Assembly (NCBI GenBank): GCA_951406725.2
Contig: OX597826.1
Coordinates: 47,182,001 to 47,246,000, forward strand
Direction: 5' to 3'
DNA: 64,000 nucleotides
Origin: Octopus vulgaris
Lineage: Eukaryota
A program made the translations under genes and the position numbers. Positions within the stretch are counted from its first letter, which is position 1; each line of letters starts with the position of its first letter. The notes under the pieces are model-generated. The model was not told the DNA's origin. It ran no database searches and worked only from the letters and a program-made list of their open reading frames with translations. Shown one piece after another: positions 12,331-25,161 of the stretch.

Positions 12331-13620
12331 CATACTGGTAATAATATTGATAATAACGGGCACAAGTCTAGCAATTTTAGGAGAAGATTAGTCGACTACA
12401 TCGACCCCTAATATTAGACTGTTACATTTTCCTCCATCCTCAATTCATTGTCAAGCTAAGTTAACCATAGCGAGATTTGAATACATAACGCAAGGAAATG
12501 CAACAAGTTCTACATGTAATTTTCTCGGCGCTCAAATGATACTTTTGCCATAGTTACAAGAGCAATAAGACGAGAAAACATTGGAGTAACGTATTACAAA
12601 ACATAAGTCGGAGCACAAGTAGGAGATAGATACGCCAAAAAGAGGAAAATCACCTAGTGATTATCAAAGAACACCAGAGTGATGATTACTCTAAGCATCA
12701 AAGACAACTGCCACCTTCTTGCTCTCATCTCCGCTTTACATGAGAGACAGGTTCCGCTCATCCAGAGTATTCTCGCCACTCACTTTTCAGCAAATGCACC
12801 TTCCCCTTCTTTTTTTCTCTAAATAGAACTTGTAGAAGTTAATGAGAATTTGTTGGAAAGGGGAAATGCTTGCCCTTAGTCCTTTCGAGGTTTTCCACTA
12901 TACAAACATTTTCTTCTATTCTTGTCAGACAGAAAGAAAACCGTCTTGCCTTTTTGGCCACAGAAAGACAGATTCAGCTAAGAACTTGATGTACACTACG
13001 TGAAACAGTAGTAGCTTTACGTAACGCCGCTTGTCAACACTGATAGGGCATTGAATGAGAGTATGCGAACAGAAACTATTTCACAAAGTACATTCCGAGC
13101 AGCTTCGGCTAACGATATTTCTAGGCTCGTGTGTGTGTGTATATATATATATATGGGGGAGAGTACACAGACATAGAATTAGATATGAAAGTGTAGTTAT
13201 GAACATCTATTCGCTACTATGAGTTATCGGCTGCAGTTCTGCTACATACCATTATAAACATGTGCTGCCTTTCGCTGTAAGCGCGAGCCAATCCAAGTTG
13301 TGGGAATGAAATTGGGTAGATGGAAGTAGTATGGAAGTCCATCGGGTGAATTTTGCTTGCATATCGAAGATCCATCCAGTCAAATAGTTTGTCATAGTTT
13401 CAATCTCAGAATTATGTAAAGTGGATATGTCATGAAGCATTACATCCAATTACAGCAAGGAGAACTTATCTTTCTTGTAAATAGACATATATCTATAAAA
13501 CTAGAACCAACAGAGTACAGTCATCGATGTAATCAACTAAAATTGAACCACTCTTAAGGAGGGCGTCTCAAATTGTCGCCATACAAAACTATCGTATGAG
13601 GAATACTTTACTGGTGCTTA

Positions 13621-13835
13621 TTTCTTTACTACTCTAGGCACAAGACCCGAAATTTTAGGGGAGAGGTCCAGTCGATTAGATCGACCCCGGTACGCAACTG
13701 GTACGTAAATGATTTATCGACACCGAAAGGATGAAAGGCAAAGTCGACCTCGGCGGAATTTGAACTCAGAACATAAAGACAGACGAAATACCGCAAAGCA
13801 TTTCGCCTGGCTAACAATTCTGCCAGTTCGCCGCC
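13621..13835 (-). mobile_element. SINE family B monomer
   Basis: Head plus Meta-like domain plus TTGTGCCTAGAGTAG tail. Confidence 0.9.
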
Positions 13836-15473
13836 TTAACTGGTACTTATTTAATCAACCCTTGCTAGATGCAAAGCACAGACGAACACAATAGGGGTTA
13901 AACTTGGGATGTAAAGGAACATAACTAATGCTTTCTAGCATAACGACAGGGCACACATTTTTGAAAGTGATGTTTTACGCAATGAAATTTACTCCATTTT
14001 TACCACGTGAATCACTTATAATTCTACAAAATTATCATTTTTATTTAAAATTAATAAATACTTATGTGACACTCCATAGGAAGCGTTTAATTAACATTAC
14101 TGTTTGTTTTTTAAATCTTAAATGAAATTATGTTTGAATTTCAATTTTATTTCAATCGATAAATCAATATGAGATAACATTTCTTTTCAATCATATCTTT
14201 TCTCAATTGTATTTGTCCTGCATAAACATTTTCCCACCGACGTAGTATATGAAGATTGTAAGATACAACAGTTTTCCTATCGGGTATTTTACATAGTATT
14301 CTTGTCATCTTAAGCTGTGTTTATATATCTCTAAGCTTAATTAGATATTATCTGAGAACTTTTCAAGATTTAACTTATATTGTAATTTTATCATCAATCA
14401 GCTGAAATTAATGTTTCCAAATGATTGATGTACATCAACAGATCAAAGTAAATAACATTTTAGTAACAACAGTTTGTAAACTAAACTCTGTATGGTACTT
14501 TTATATGAATGTGCTTCTTCCAAGATGAAAAATAATAAAAAGAAAACACTGCACAAGATTATTCTGTGTAAATTTGTGGGTTTGTTTTATATACTAAGAT
14601 ACCTGTTATTACCGAGTACTGCCTTAATAGTATATACTAGTTGTTTATCCGTAAAAGTATTCATGTTATTATGTATTGTTAAATCAACTGCATTAGAATT
14701 ATAAGATTGTTTTCTCCATGTCTAGCTTGGTGATACAAAGTTGTGAAAAGGAAGATTTCCGCCATTTTGGAAAACAGAATGACATGAATAAGATATCTGT
14801 CAGTGGATGTCTGCAAAAAACGATTCAAGATTTATTTGTGAAATATTCTCCAAAACTATTCATTATTTTCTCTCTAAGTAGCTGCTATAAGGAATCCCTC
14901 AAATTCCCTGTATAATTTTTCTTTCCAATTGCTGCGAAATCTATTATTATAACACAGAGATAAATGTATTTTGTTGTACCATTGAATTTCCATATTTTAA
15001 TAATCTGCTCTTAGATGAAATTCATCTGTCGATATGGCGTCTACATTAGATTTTCACCACAATAGATTTGTGTTGTCATAATTTCATTGTTTCCAGGCCT
15101 ATTTTTTGTTTGCCCAAGCAAATAAAAGACATTGTATCCACCCAAGTACAAACTTCTTACAGAATGATTAAAGAAAAAAAAAAAACTTTTACTTTACATC
15201 TCATACACATTGTTATTTGTTTGTCTATTCAATACCTTTATTTATCTAGTTGCTTTACGTTTTTTTCTTTCTTTTTTTTTTTGTCGCTGTCAGCTAGAGT
15301 GTACTTCGGGGAGTGTTTGCAACGCCAAGTGCATGGAAATATTTCTAAACATACCATAACAACAATTAGTACGAAATAGTTCTGTCAACAAAGACTAAAC
15401 ACAAAGGCAGAAAAGATTTTAAAAGGACAAATAACAACACAAACACACTAAAATGCACACCCATACACAACCA

Positions 15474-15541
<68 letters not shown>

Positions 15542-16127
15542 TGTGTATATTTTGTATGTGTATATGTATGCATAACAGAGAGGGGAGAAAGAAGGCAAAT
15601 AAAGAAAAACGAAGAGATTACCAGCGTTGTTTGTATCTTTGTAAGGAAATAAAAGACAAACACTTGGGTATGTATTTATGATTACGTGTCTGTCGTGGTG
15701 TGAGTTTATGTGTGTGTATGTATGTGCATCATTTGTATTTATATATGTGTATATCAATGCATATATATATGTATGTATACCGTTGTGTGTATATATCTAT
15801 ATCTATATATCGTTGTGTGTATATATATATATATATATGACATCGTCAACACGTAGGTGCAGCTATTGGTCGTATAGTTAGAAAATTAGATTCCTTACAA
15901 TGTGATTTGTGGTTCACTCCCATATCGCGACACATATGACAAATACCTGTTACGGAAGCCTGGACGATCGAATTCATGTGAGGTTTATGCATGTATATAC
16001 ATTTATATAAACATACATACATATGTACGTACGTATGTATGTATGTATGTATGTATGTATGAATAGACCTTATAGGTAAGTCCCATAAATCTTTTATTCC
16101 CACAACCTTTATTTCGTGCTGTGGATA

Positions 16128-16142
16128 ATCATCATCATCTTC

Positions 16143-16174
<32 letters not shown>

Positions 16175-16243
16175 CTTCTTCTTCTTCTTCTTCTTCTTCT
16201 TCTTCTTCTTCTTCTTCTTCTTCTTCTTCTTCTTCTTCTTCTT

Positions 16244-16306
<63 letters not shown>
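16128..16306. repeat. Compound trinucleotide microsatellite (ATC)(GTT)(CTT)(ATT)
   Basis: Directly visible. Confidence 0.95.
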
Positions 16307-16867
16307 GAGTGAGAGAGCAGTGCATGCCATCAAAGTTACATTGGGGTAAAATATACGGAGCCCAGTATACCCATCATGACTACTCGTCTGATAAGGGTAC
16401 ACTAGGCACATGCATCACAACCATATATGCGCGACATGGTGATCTCATATCAAGATAAGCAGCAAATGACATTGCAAGTGGGGCCCAGTTAGGATTTTTT
16501 CTAGTCGAGAAGGCCATCCCGCTCAAAAGGTCCCTAAATAAAGATTGTTTAAAGATGTTGAACGAACCACCCATGTTTCCAAAGGTGAATTATCCAAAAC
16601 CCTAAAAATTCCTTTCAACACAAGGCTATGATGCTCCCCCACTACTTCTACTCGTGGTCATAGATGCAAATATCATCAGCCACTAAAGGGATATGCTCAA
16701 CTGGTTAAGGTCAAACAACTGACAAGCAAATCTGTGGTACCGAGCAGAATATCTGCTTTGCTGTAGCCCATCTTTTATACCAAGACAAAACAATGTACAT
16801 GATAACACTTCCAATCAGTTAAGATCAGAAGCCATGAGAGCCACTGTCTGGTACTGCATAAGGGCAT
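16307..16867 (-). mobile_element. Non-autonomous ~550-bp retroposon-like element D inserted in (TAA)n
   Basis: Second full copy at 52170-52699 and truncated copy at 42281-42383; no ORF; flanked by ATT repeats. Confidence 0.8.
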
Positions 16868-16885
16868 GAGTATTATTATTATTAA

Positions 16886-17033
<148 letters not shown>

Positions 17034-17045
17034 CATTATTATTAT

Positions 17046-18860
17046 TTCTCTTTATCACAGGTTTGTTGGAGCACTCGGAGTCTTACATGCATAGCGGGCT
17101 TACTACCTGCAGCCTATGGCACCATGCTATCCATTCTTTTCAATTATTCGGATTATTCTGGCCGTTCCAGAAACCTTTCGTAATAGATCTACTGGGCACT
17201 CTATTCCAATTTATTTTATTTTATATTTCCCTTGATGCTTTCTGATACTGTTCTCAAGGACCCCAAAATAATTGGTACTATCTTCACCTTCTTTATTTTC
17301 CATAGCCGGGCTATTTCGTACTTGAGAGTGTTGTATTTATCTATTTCTTGTCTTCCTTCTTGACTATTCGCGGGTCAAAGGGGCATGCAACATCAACTAT
17401 ATAGTAAATATGGTGCATCTTGTAGACCACCACTTGGTCCGGTCTGTTATGCTCTAGCACCTGATCTGTTCGGATTTCGAAATCCCAGAGGATTTTACTG
17501 ATCCCCGACTCCGTCACCCTCAGTGGTTTGTGTTCACACCACGTCTTGCCTCTCTTTAACCCACACTTGCCACGCAGTTTTCAATGTAGCATTTTCGCCG
17601 CCTGATTATATCTCCAAAACTTTCAGTGGTTTTGGGCAAGTCTAGGGGATTCGTTTGTGATATGGGCAATGATTTTATCCACTCTATTACAAATGCGACA
17701 CAAAAGGAGATACTTGCTCACTCCAAACGTTGACCCTCCAGTTTCTGGCCAAAGCTTGATCTTATGCGGCCACTATAGTGTTCTCGGTCTCTTTTTTTTT
17801 AGTGTTGCTTCCCTCGGCCAATCCCACCTATTTTCTTCAGCAAATTCTGTTGTGGCTACATGGAATTGGTTATGTAGTTCCTTGTTGAGTAATTCTTCTT
17901 CGTGTGTTTAAGCAGTTTCCTCCGTTTTATCTTTTTCTCTGCTTTCAATTAACCCCACGTTCCTTCTGCCACTAGCAAGGTTTCCTCATTTTGAGCTAGG
18001 TATCTCACTCAGCTTTCGAGTTCGATATGTACACAGTCTTCTACACTTATCAATCCCTTTTCTCCATTTGCTCTCTTCATGTGTAGGCAATCAGTGTCTA
18101 CACGCGAATGATGGGCTCCGTGCATCGTTAGGAGCTTTCTTAACATCTCGTCCATCTCCTTTAGCTCCTCCTCTGTACACCTCAGGACTCCTGCGCAATA
18201 CCGACCTACTGCAACTGCGCGAGAGATCATTGCAGATATTATAGTTTTAGCATTCAGCTATGCAGCCAGTACTTTTCTCACATACCGTAGGTACACTCTT
18301 TTTGTCTTTTCCTTCATGTCGTTTTGTTAAATTCTAACTACCCTCAAGTATTCCCAGGTATTTATAGCTGGATTGAGGTTGAACTGCCCTCATTTCTTTT
18401 CTTTATTGCCCACAAGGGGCTAAAGATAGAGGGGCCAAACAAGGACAGACAAACAGATTAAGTCGATTATATCGACCCCAGTGCGTAACTGGTACTTAAT
18501 TTATCGACCCCGAAAGGATGAAAGGCAAAGTCGACCTCGGCGGAATTTGAACTCAGAACGTAACGACAGACGAAATACTGCTAAGCATTTCGCCCGGCGT
18601 GCTAACGTTTCTGCCAGCTCGCCGTCTTCGTCATCTCAGCAATTGGCAAACCTATGCCTTCTGTCCTGACAAACTTTCCTCGTCCCGTCCTCATCGTAGC
18701 ACATTTTGAGAGCCCAAACTCCATCTTAATATCACTGGAGAAAATCCGGACAGACTAGGCTGTCCAATTCTACTTCAGTTTTTGTGAATAACTTCAAGTC
18801 GTCCATGAATAGTGTGGTTCTTTACGTTCTGTCTGTTCTTTTCTTTAGTATCCAGCTCCG
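17046..18860 (-). mobile_element. R4/Dong-clade non-LTR retrotransposon, 5'-truncated and frameshifted
   Basis: Minus-strand LFMDDLKLF (RT YxDD motif, ~18790-18812) and KILWDFEIRTD..NRPD..IVDVACPFD..DKY (restriction-like endonuclease); 3' end runs into (AAT)n. Confidence 0.9.
18392..18626 (-). mobile_element. SINE family B nested in the R4/Dong RT region
   Basis: Near-identical to 37380-37611. Confidence 0.92.
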
Positions 18861-19487
18861 TATGCAGCAACCATAGCTGTAGCCCAAATAATCTTGTTAT
18901 TTTCATCCAAATATTGCTCCGAATTTAAGTCACTCACACACTCACTAAATTACATATCCTTAAATCCTTAAAAAATGTTTTAGCCCGAAGGCCGCGACCA
19001 TGCTGTGTAAGACTATATGTTTTAAGGGGAATGCAAGCACTAAAGCAGACAAGTAATACAGATGTACGAATAGATATTTTAACATATTCACTGAAAAATA
19101 CATTTATGGACACTGTTACGGAAAACTAGATGAGAAAGCTTACATGCACATATTGGAGTCAGGACTGGTTGTTAGGTAGCTAGAAAATTAGTTTGTTCTT
19201 CAGAATTGCGTATGACATGAAATCTATCTCCACACATTCTCGAATCACTAGGCGAAGTAAAACAGTGTATTATCCAGTTTGACTTCTTTCTCATATACTG
19301 TGAAATTCGAACCTCAGTTTTTACTGGTGCAATCTACATGTCGGTATTTTTACCACTTCCTTTTATCACAGTAAATCACCGTCGTATTTAATTTTATCTT
19401 ACCCTAATTATGGAGAAATTCCATATTTCATGTTCTGTCAATTGAACTCTGATTTAGTTCATAGAAACTCCACTCAGTTAGGTCGTT

Positions 19488-19550
<63 letters not shown>

Positions 19551-19749
19551 GCACACACCATTAATATAGATACACAGCTAGACGCAATAGTACCATAAAC
19601 GAAAAAATTGAAAGAAATGAGTTAAAACGCTTGATGTTGTTAGAAGCACGCGATATATACATAACTGACTGGATGCGCTTAGCTGTTTATATTAATTTTT
19701 AATATACGCATTAGCATTTCGCTAAATTAGCCATATATCTTATGGTAAA

Positions 19750-19789
<40 letters not shown>

Positions 19790-19827
19790 TGACAGCCGGA
19801 TTTAGCTAAACCATCGACTTTTGAGTA

Positions 19828-19880
19828 ATCACTACGGACGAGCCTACGACTGATAGGCGAAACTAGTCTTGTCTAGTGAT
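19828..19880 (+). ncRNA. Type I hammerhead ribozyme motif (U4G variant) in a 132-bp element (19789-19920) inside (TA)n
   Basis: ATCACTA-CGGACGA-GCCTA(cgactga)TAGGC-GAAAC(tagtctt)GTC^TAGTGAT: 7-bp stem I, 5-bp stem II. Confidence 0.8.
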
Positions 19881-19932
19881 CCTAGAGACGCTCCTGGGGC
19901 GGTTATCTCCCCTTCCAATGTATATATATATG

Positions 19933-20025
<93 letters not shown>

Positions 20026-20201
20026 ATTACGCGCCTCTTACAATATTAAGAGTTTTAAGTCTTAATATTGTAACTTTTAATATAGGTACTTGGATACCCT
20101 CAGTCAATCACGGTTATCGAATATATATATATCTTTCTTTCTATCTTGCTATCTATCGGTCTATCTATCTATCGATCGATGTATATGTATATATATATAT
20201 A

Positions 20202-20778
20202 TAAACAAGTCAAATTGCGATAAAATAAAATTAATTATTATCGCTGGTATTTCTAGCACAAGCCATATATTATTCATATATCAGTACATTAAGGCGAAAT
20301 ATGTGCTAGAAACACAGAAGCTAGATAAATTTAGTGAAATGAAGATAAAAACATTTACTAACTCGGTTCCTCTTAGACTGCAGTTTCGTTCTTTTCATCA
20401 ATAAAGATAATTTATTTGCTCAGGGAGAATTCATCGGTAAGAGCCCTGTTGTTCTGAGATCCTAACTCACTAGAAGCATGTGCTTCTAATGATTTGCTCT
20501 CTCTAACTAATCAGATCACTGCGCAGACTCAGAACGTCCCGACAAAACTAGGGATTTCTGGTATATTGTCTAACGCTCAAAATTTATCGAGAAATATGTA
20601 AACAAGTCAAATTGCGATAAAATAAAATAAATTATTATCGCTGGTATTTCTAGCACAAGCCATATATTATTCATATATCAGTACATTAAGGCGAAATATG
20701 TGCTAGAAACACAGAAGCTAGATAAATTTAGTGAAATGAAGATAAAAACATTTACTAACTCGGTTCCTCTTAGACTGC

Positions 20779-20780
<2 letters not shown>
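20202..20780 (-). mobile_element. Retrozyme-like/pLTR tandem element: 397-nt monomer, ~1.46 copies
   Basis: 182-bp direct repeat 20202-20383 / 20599-20780 (one substitution seen), flanked by (TA)n, containing a hammerhead. Confidence 0.8.
20370..20443 (-). ncRNA. Type I hammerhead ribozyme motif with palindromic stem III
   Basis: Reverse complement reads CTCTTA-CCGATGA-ATTCT..AGAAC-GAA-ACTGCAGT-C^TAAGAG. Confidence 0.8.
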
Positions 20781-20825
<45 letters not shown>

Positions 20826-20836
20826 AAGAGAGAAAG

Positions 20837-20889
<53 letters not shown>

Positions 20890-20975
20890 TATAGATTGAT
20901 TGATTGATTGATAAACTTACTTAGAAATGGATGCATGGTGTTCAATCATATAATATAAATGATATATATATATAC

Positions 20976-21043
<68 letters not shown>

Positions 21044-21109
21044 ATATGCATATATACATGCATATATGTACGTACTTACATATATATGTATATATACATA
21101 TGCATATAT

Positions 21110-21753
21110 TGGTACAGGACGTCACCAAACGTAAACATGAAATACGAAAACAACATGAAATGTGAAAACAAACTTGGGTATACTAACAACGAGAGAAACT
21201 AATGGAAAACAAGACAAGTAACATAAAGTACGACCCTCCATCAGTTGTCAGCTGTTTATCTACTTCCCATATCGAGCATTTAACGACAATATGAGGCTTC
21301 GAAAAACAGTTGCCCCCGCGAACCAAAATAAAATTCTGGATTTTTGCGGAGGGTTAAATTTGGTAAGAAAAACAGGACAGTGGAGACATACAACAAACCA
21401 AACGAAAACAGACATGGGGTGCCGATAGGCCAGACGAGGTAAGGTAGCGAACGCTGGAGGAACATTCTTTGACAAGAGAAAAGATAGGAGAGGAGGCATA
21501 TAAGAATGCGTCTGGTGTGTGCGACGGACTGAAGAAAAAGAAAGATGATCACGTGAGGAAAAGAAAGATGGACGATGGTCACGTGTGAGCAACGAGAGAG
21601 AGAGAGAGTAAAGGAGGAAGAGGGAGAGAAAGATAGAAACCGGTGAAGAGGAGCAAAGAGAATTAGAGAAAGGTAGAGAGAGAAAACGAAAGGGGGAGAG
21701 AGAGAACAGTAACGGGTAGTGTCGCATCAAATTTTTAAGATAAACTTACTTGG

Positions 21754-21755
<2 letters not shown>
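21110..21755 (-). mobile_element. Unclassified element in (TA)n, possibly PLE-derived
   Basis: Unique block flanked by (TA)n; minus strand has FLTKFNP (like a GIY-YIG C-terminus) and CTGATGGAGGG; no complete ribozyme. Confidence 0.35.
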
Positions 21756-21797
<42 letters not shown>

Positions 21798-21799
21798 TA

Positions 21800-21869
21800 T
21801 ATAGAAGGACTAGTACTGTTTCATTCAAGAGAACCTATACTGTGGTTAACCCCGAATCAACCCGGGACC

Positions 21870-21871
<2 letters not shown>
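21800..21871. mobile_element. Internally inverted fragment of the 38575-38755 family
   Basis: AGGACTAGTACTGTTTCATTCAA matches 38669-38691 directly, while ACTGTGGTTAACCCCGAATCAACCCGGGACCT matches 38577-38608 in reverse complement. Confidence 0.8.
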
Positions 21872-21914
<43 letters not shown>

Positions 21915-22918
21915 GTATATGTTTGTATATGTATGTATATGTATGTACGTATATATGTATATATATATATGCATGTGTGTGTGTGTATGTGTGTGAGTGA
22001 ATGTCTGTATATGCATATATAAAAGAATATATATAACAGATACAGGCATAGAGAAAGAGAGAGGAGGAGAGCGAGAATTATGGCAATTTTGACATTAAAT
22101 GTCATTATAACTGTTGATTATGATTTGGACCAACAATTTAACAGCTGTTCCCTTTCAGCCTCAGTAACAACGGCAACAATAACAGCAACAGAAATACCAA
22201 ACAAGAACGCCAACAACCTATAACACTGTAACGTTACAGGATGTAAAAAAAAGCAACGCCATCCGTTTTGAAATTAAACTAATAACAACAATGTTCCTGA
22301 AAATGATGAAGTCGACGACGATGATGATGACGACGACGAGTGTGATCGTGTCGTTGTTTTTGTTTATGTTGCTATATTTCTTCCTCGTTCGTGACAAAGA
22401 TATATTTGTCTATGTTCTATGCGGGCAACTCGGATTATTGAAGATTCTCATTAGTTTTGCTTTTATATTTATATGAAGCTTCCTTTCACTGTATACATGG
22501 GGTCCCAGGTCTTCTGTTTATTTCGGTGAGTGTATGCTTTCAGGGTAGATTATAACTCTTCTGTATACATGTACATAGTCAAGTGTTGATACAGACATGA
22601 ATATGTTTGTGTATGCTTGCATGTGTTAGTATGCATGTTAACACACAAACACATTCACACATGCACACGCGCATACACATCTATATATATATAATACTAC
22701 TTATATATGTATATATATATATGTGCGGGTGCGTGTGTGTATGTGTGTATATATAATATCTATGCACATATGTATATACAAGTATATACTATATGTATCT
22801 AATTATTTATCTATCTTTGTATATGTGTGTATAATGTGTATGTGTGTATAATGTGTGTGTGTATGTGTGAATATGGCTAGATAGTTAAATAGCTAGCTAG
22901 CTAGACAGACAGACATAC

Positions 22919-22977
<59 letters not shown>

Positions 22978-23043
22978 CTGACTTCTAGTTATAAAAAATA
23001 CAGTTTAGCAACTGAGTTAACTCTGTATATATGTGAACTTGTC

Positions 23044-23085
23044 TATATACTGATGAGGTCTAACGAAAGCCAAAATTTCTACATA
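23044..23085 (+). ncRNA. Degenerate minimal type I hammerhead motif (G12A, probably inactive)
   Basis: TATATA-CTGATGA-GG(T)CT..AGCC-AAAATTTC^TACATA; palindromic stem III (G)AAATTTC. Confidence 0.5.
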
Positions 23086-23479
23086 TCTCATTTTTTAAGC
23101 ATGTGAAAATCAAAATTCCTTGAAGTGATCTTCCTTCGTCGTTCATAATTACTAACAATTAATGCTTAGGCTTTTCCTTTCTTCATGCTCAGTGGGGAAA
23201 TTTTAACATATTAAGAATTAATTTTGCATATCAAGGAAAACACTGGGTTAAAAACAATTTGAAATGAAAAAAGTCGGTTTCCCCGCATAAAAGATGAGGG
23301 CAAAGCCCCACGAGCAGCGTTACTCTTTTTCTATCGAAGGCAGTTTTAACCCAATATTTTACATGCTATAAATGATATAACAGTTATGTATCTATTTATC
23401 ATTCTATCTATCTATTTATCATTCAAATGATATATTTCATATCTTTTGAAGTGTCTAAAAGATAAAGGAAATTCTTATA

Positions 23480-23760
23480 AAGTAATGCATCTGTAATAAT
23501 AATAAGGTTACTCAGAAGAAATAAAAGAATTATATACAAGCACAGAACGGTTTCGAAAGTATAAGAGCCATGAAGCAGAACAAATGTAGATGGGATGGCC
23601 ACATCACGCAACTGAACGAAAACAAATAGACAATCAGAATGACAACAGACCAAAGATAAGATGTCGAAATTACCTCACTTGGTACCTGGGACCTAAATGA
23701 CCATAACTGGCTAGAGACAGACAGTGGTGGAAGAAGACCTAGGAGCAATGAAACCCTGGA
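23480..23760 (+). mobile_element. RTE-like LINE C-terminal remnant
   Basis: IRAMKQNKCRWDGHITQLNENK resembles the RTE K..KWRWAGHIAR..D.RW motif. Confidence 0.55.
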
Positions 23761-23800
23761 TATTAAAAGATGTGAAATAGAAGGAAAATAAAATATTTAT

Positions 23801-23881
23801 GATGGTTTGTTGCCAACTTGATGTGGCAGTCCCAGGAAAGGAAAAAGTGGGACTGCCACATTAAGTTGGCAACAAACCATC
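23801..23881. repeat. 34-bp near-perfect inverted repeat with 13-nt loop
   Basis: GATGGTTTGTTGCCAACTTGATGTGGCAGTCCCA / TGGGACTGCCACATTAAGTTGGCAACAAACCATC; single G:T. Confidence 0.95.
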
Positions 23882-23983
23882 GCTTTATCGTGCTGCTACT
23901 GTATAAGTCTCTCGGAGAGATTTAGAAATGCAATATTTCTAAAAATATTTATGTTATTACATTTAATAATTTTTCGGCTAGAG

Positions 23984-24301
23984 CAGTATTTCTAATCCGG
24001 GGACCACACGACACCTGAAAGTCCACGCAACAAAATAGTAAATTCGGGATCCACAATGGCATAGTGAGGACCCTAAAAAACATTTTTCTTTAGATGTATG
24101 TATTGCAAGAAACAGCTAGGTTTCTTTCTCTAACATTTTACATAGCTTAACATACGAAAGTAAATGTGTGAAAAAAAATAGGAGTTTTGAAAGCAGTTTC
24201 TATAAAACTAGTTTCTGAGACATCAAATGGCTATGGGTGTACACCAGAATAAAATAGTAACCAAAAGGGTCCATATATAAAGAGTGATTGAGAATTCCTT
24301 G
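23984..24301. mobile_element. Old hAT/Charlie-like MITE
   Basis: Degenerate termini CAGTATTTCT.. / ..TTGAGAATTCCTTG with internal GTCCAC/GGTCCA motifs; no clear TSD. Confidence 0.4.
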
Positions 24302-24478
24302 AATGCTTAAATCTCTTGCAATTCTTCAATATAATAACATATAAATATTTTTTTTTACTTCATCGGATTTTATTTCATTTTATTTCTTAGAAAAATTTGA
24401 AATCTATCCGCACCTGTATAAGAATTAACTGCTTCTTCTAACTAACCTTACTATATTTACCCCACCTCTCTCTCTCAC

Positions 24479-24550
<72 letters not shown>

Positions 24551-24657
24551 GCTAGCTAGCTAGCTAGCTAGCTGTAGTAAGGATATTTACCTCTCTCGAT
24601 TTACTATATTTACCTCTCTCTCTCTATCTGTCTATCTCTCTCTCTCTCGCTCTCTCC

Positions 24658-24701
<44 letters not shown>

Positions 24702-24771
24702 TTATATGTATTAAAGATATTTAACTTAGAAATCGAACCTGGATCAATATACTCGACGCAAAAGCAAATCG

Positions 24772-25053
24772 GTGTGAGGAGAGTGCGGCTGAAAAAGACT
24801 CCACTACCTCTGTCTGTATCAACAAGGCCGAGGTGGCGGCCAAAATCTAGGAGGTGCTTGAAGATCTTCCCAAAGACACTGTTAGAAACGAATGCACGAG
24901 ATTCCGGAACCGTCTTACAGCCATAGTGGAAGCTGAGGGTAGCTGCTTTGAATAAACTGTCTTCTCCCAGCCATAATGTAGTTGATAATTTTGATTTTTT
25001 AAATACTTTTTTTTCCTTTTGTGCAAACTGTGTAATTTAGCCCCAACACCCTG
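24772..25053 (+). mobile_element. Tc1/mariner (maT-like) transposase 3' remnant with right TIR
   Basis: EVLEDLPKDTVRNECTRFRNRLTAIVEAEGSCFE* C-terminus, ending CACCCTG followed by TA. Confidence 0.75.
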
Positions 25054-25127
25054 TACATACATATACATACATACATACGTACGTACATACATACATACAT
25101 ACATACATACATACATAAATTCATACA

Positions 25128-25161
<34 letters not shown>

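Noticed and set aside
15262-15379. Polypyrimidine tract plus CAG as a possible splice acceptor and exon
   Set aside because: No recognisable protein and no convincing donor site; cannot be supported without RNA data.
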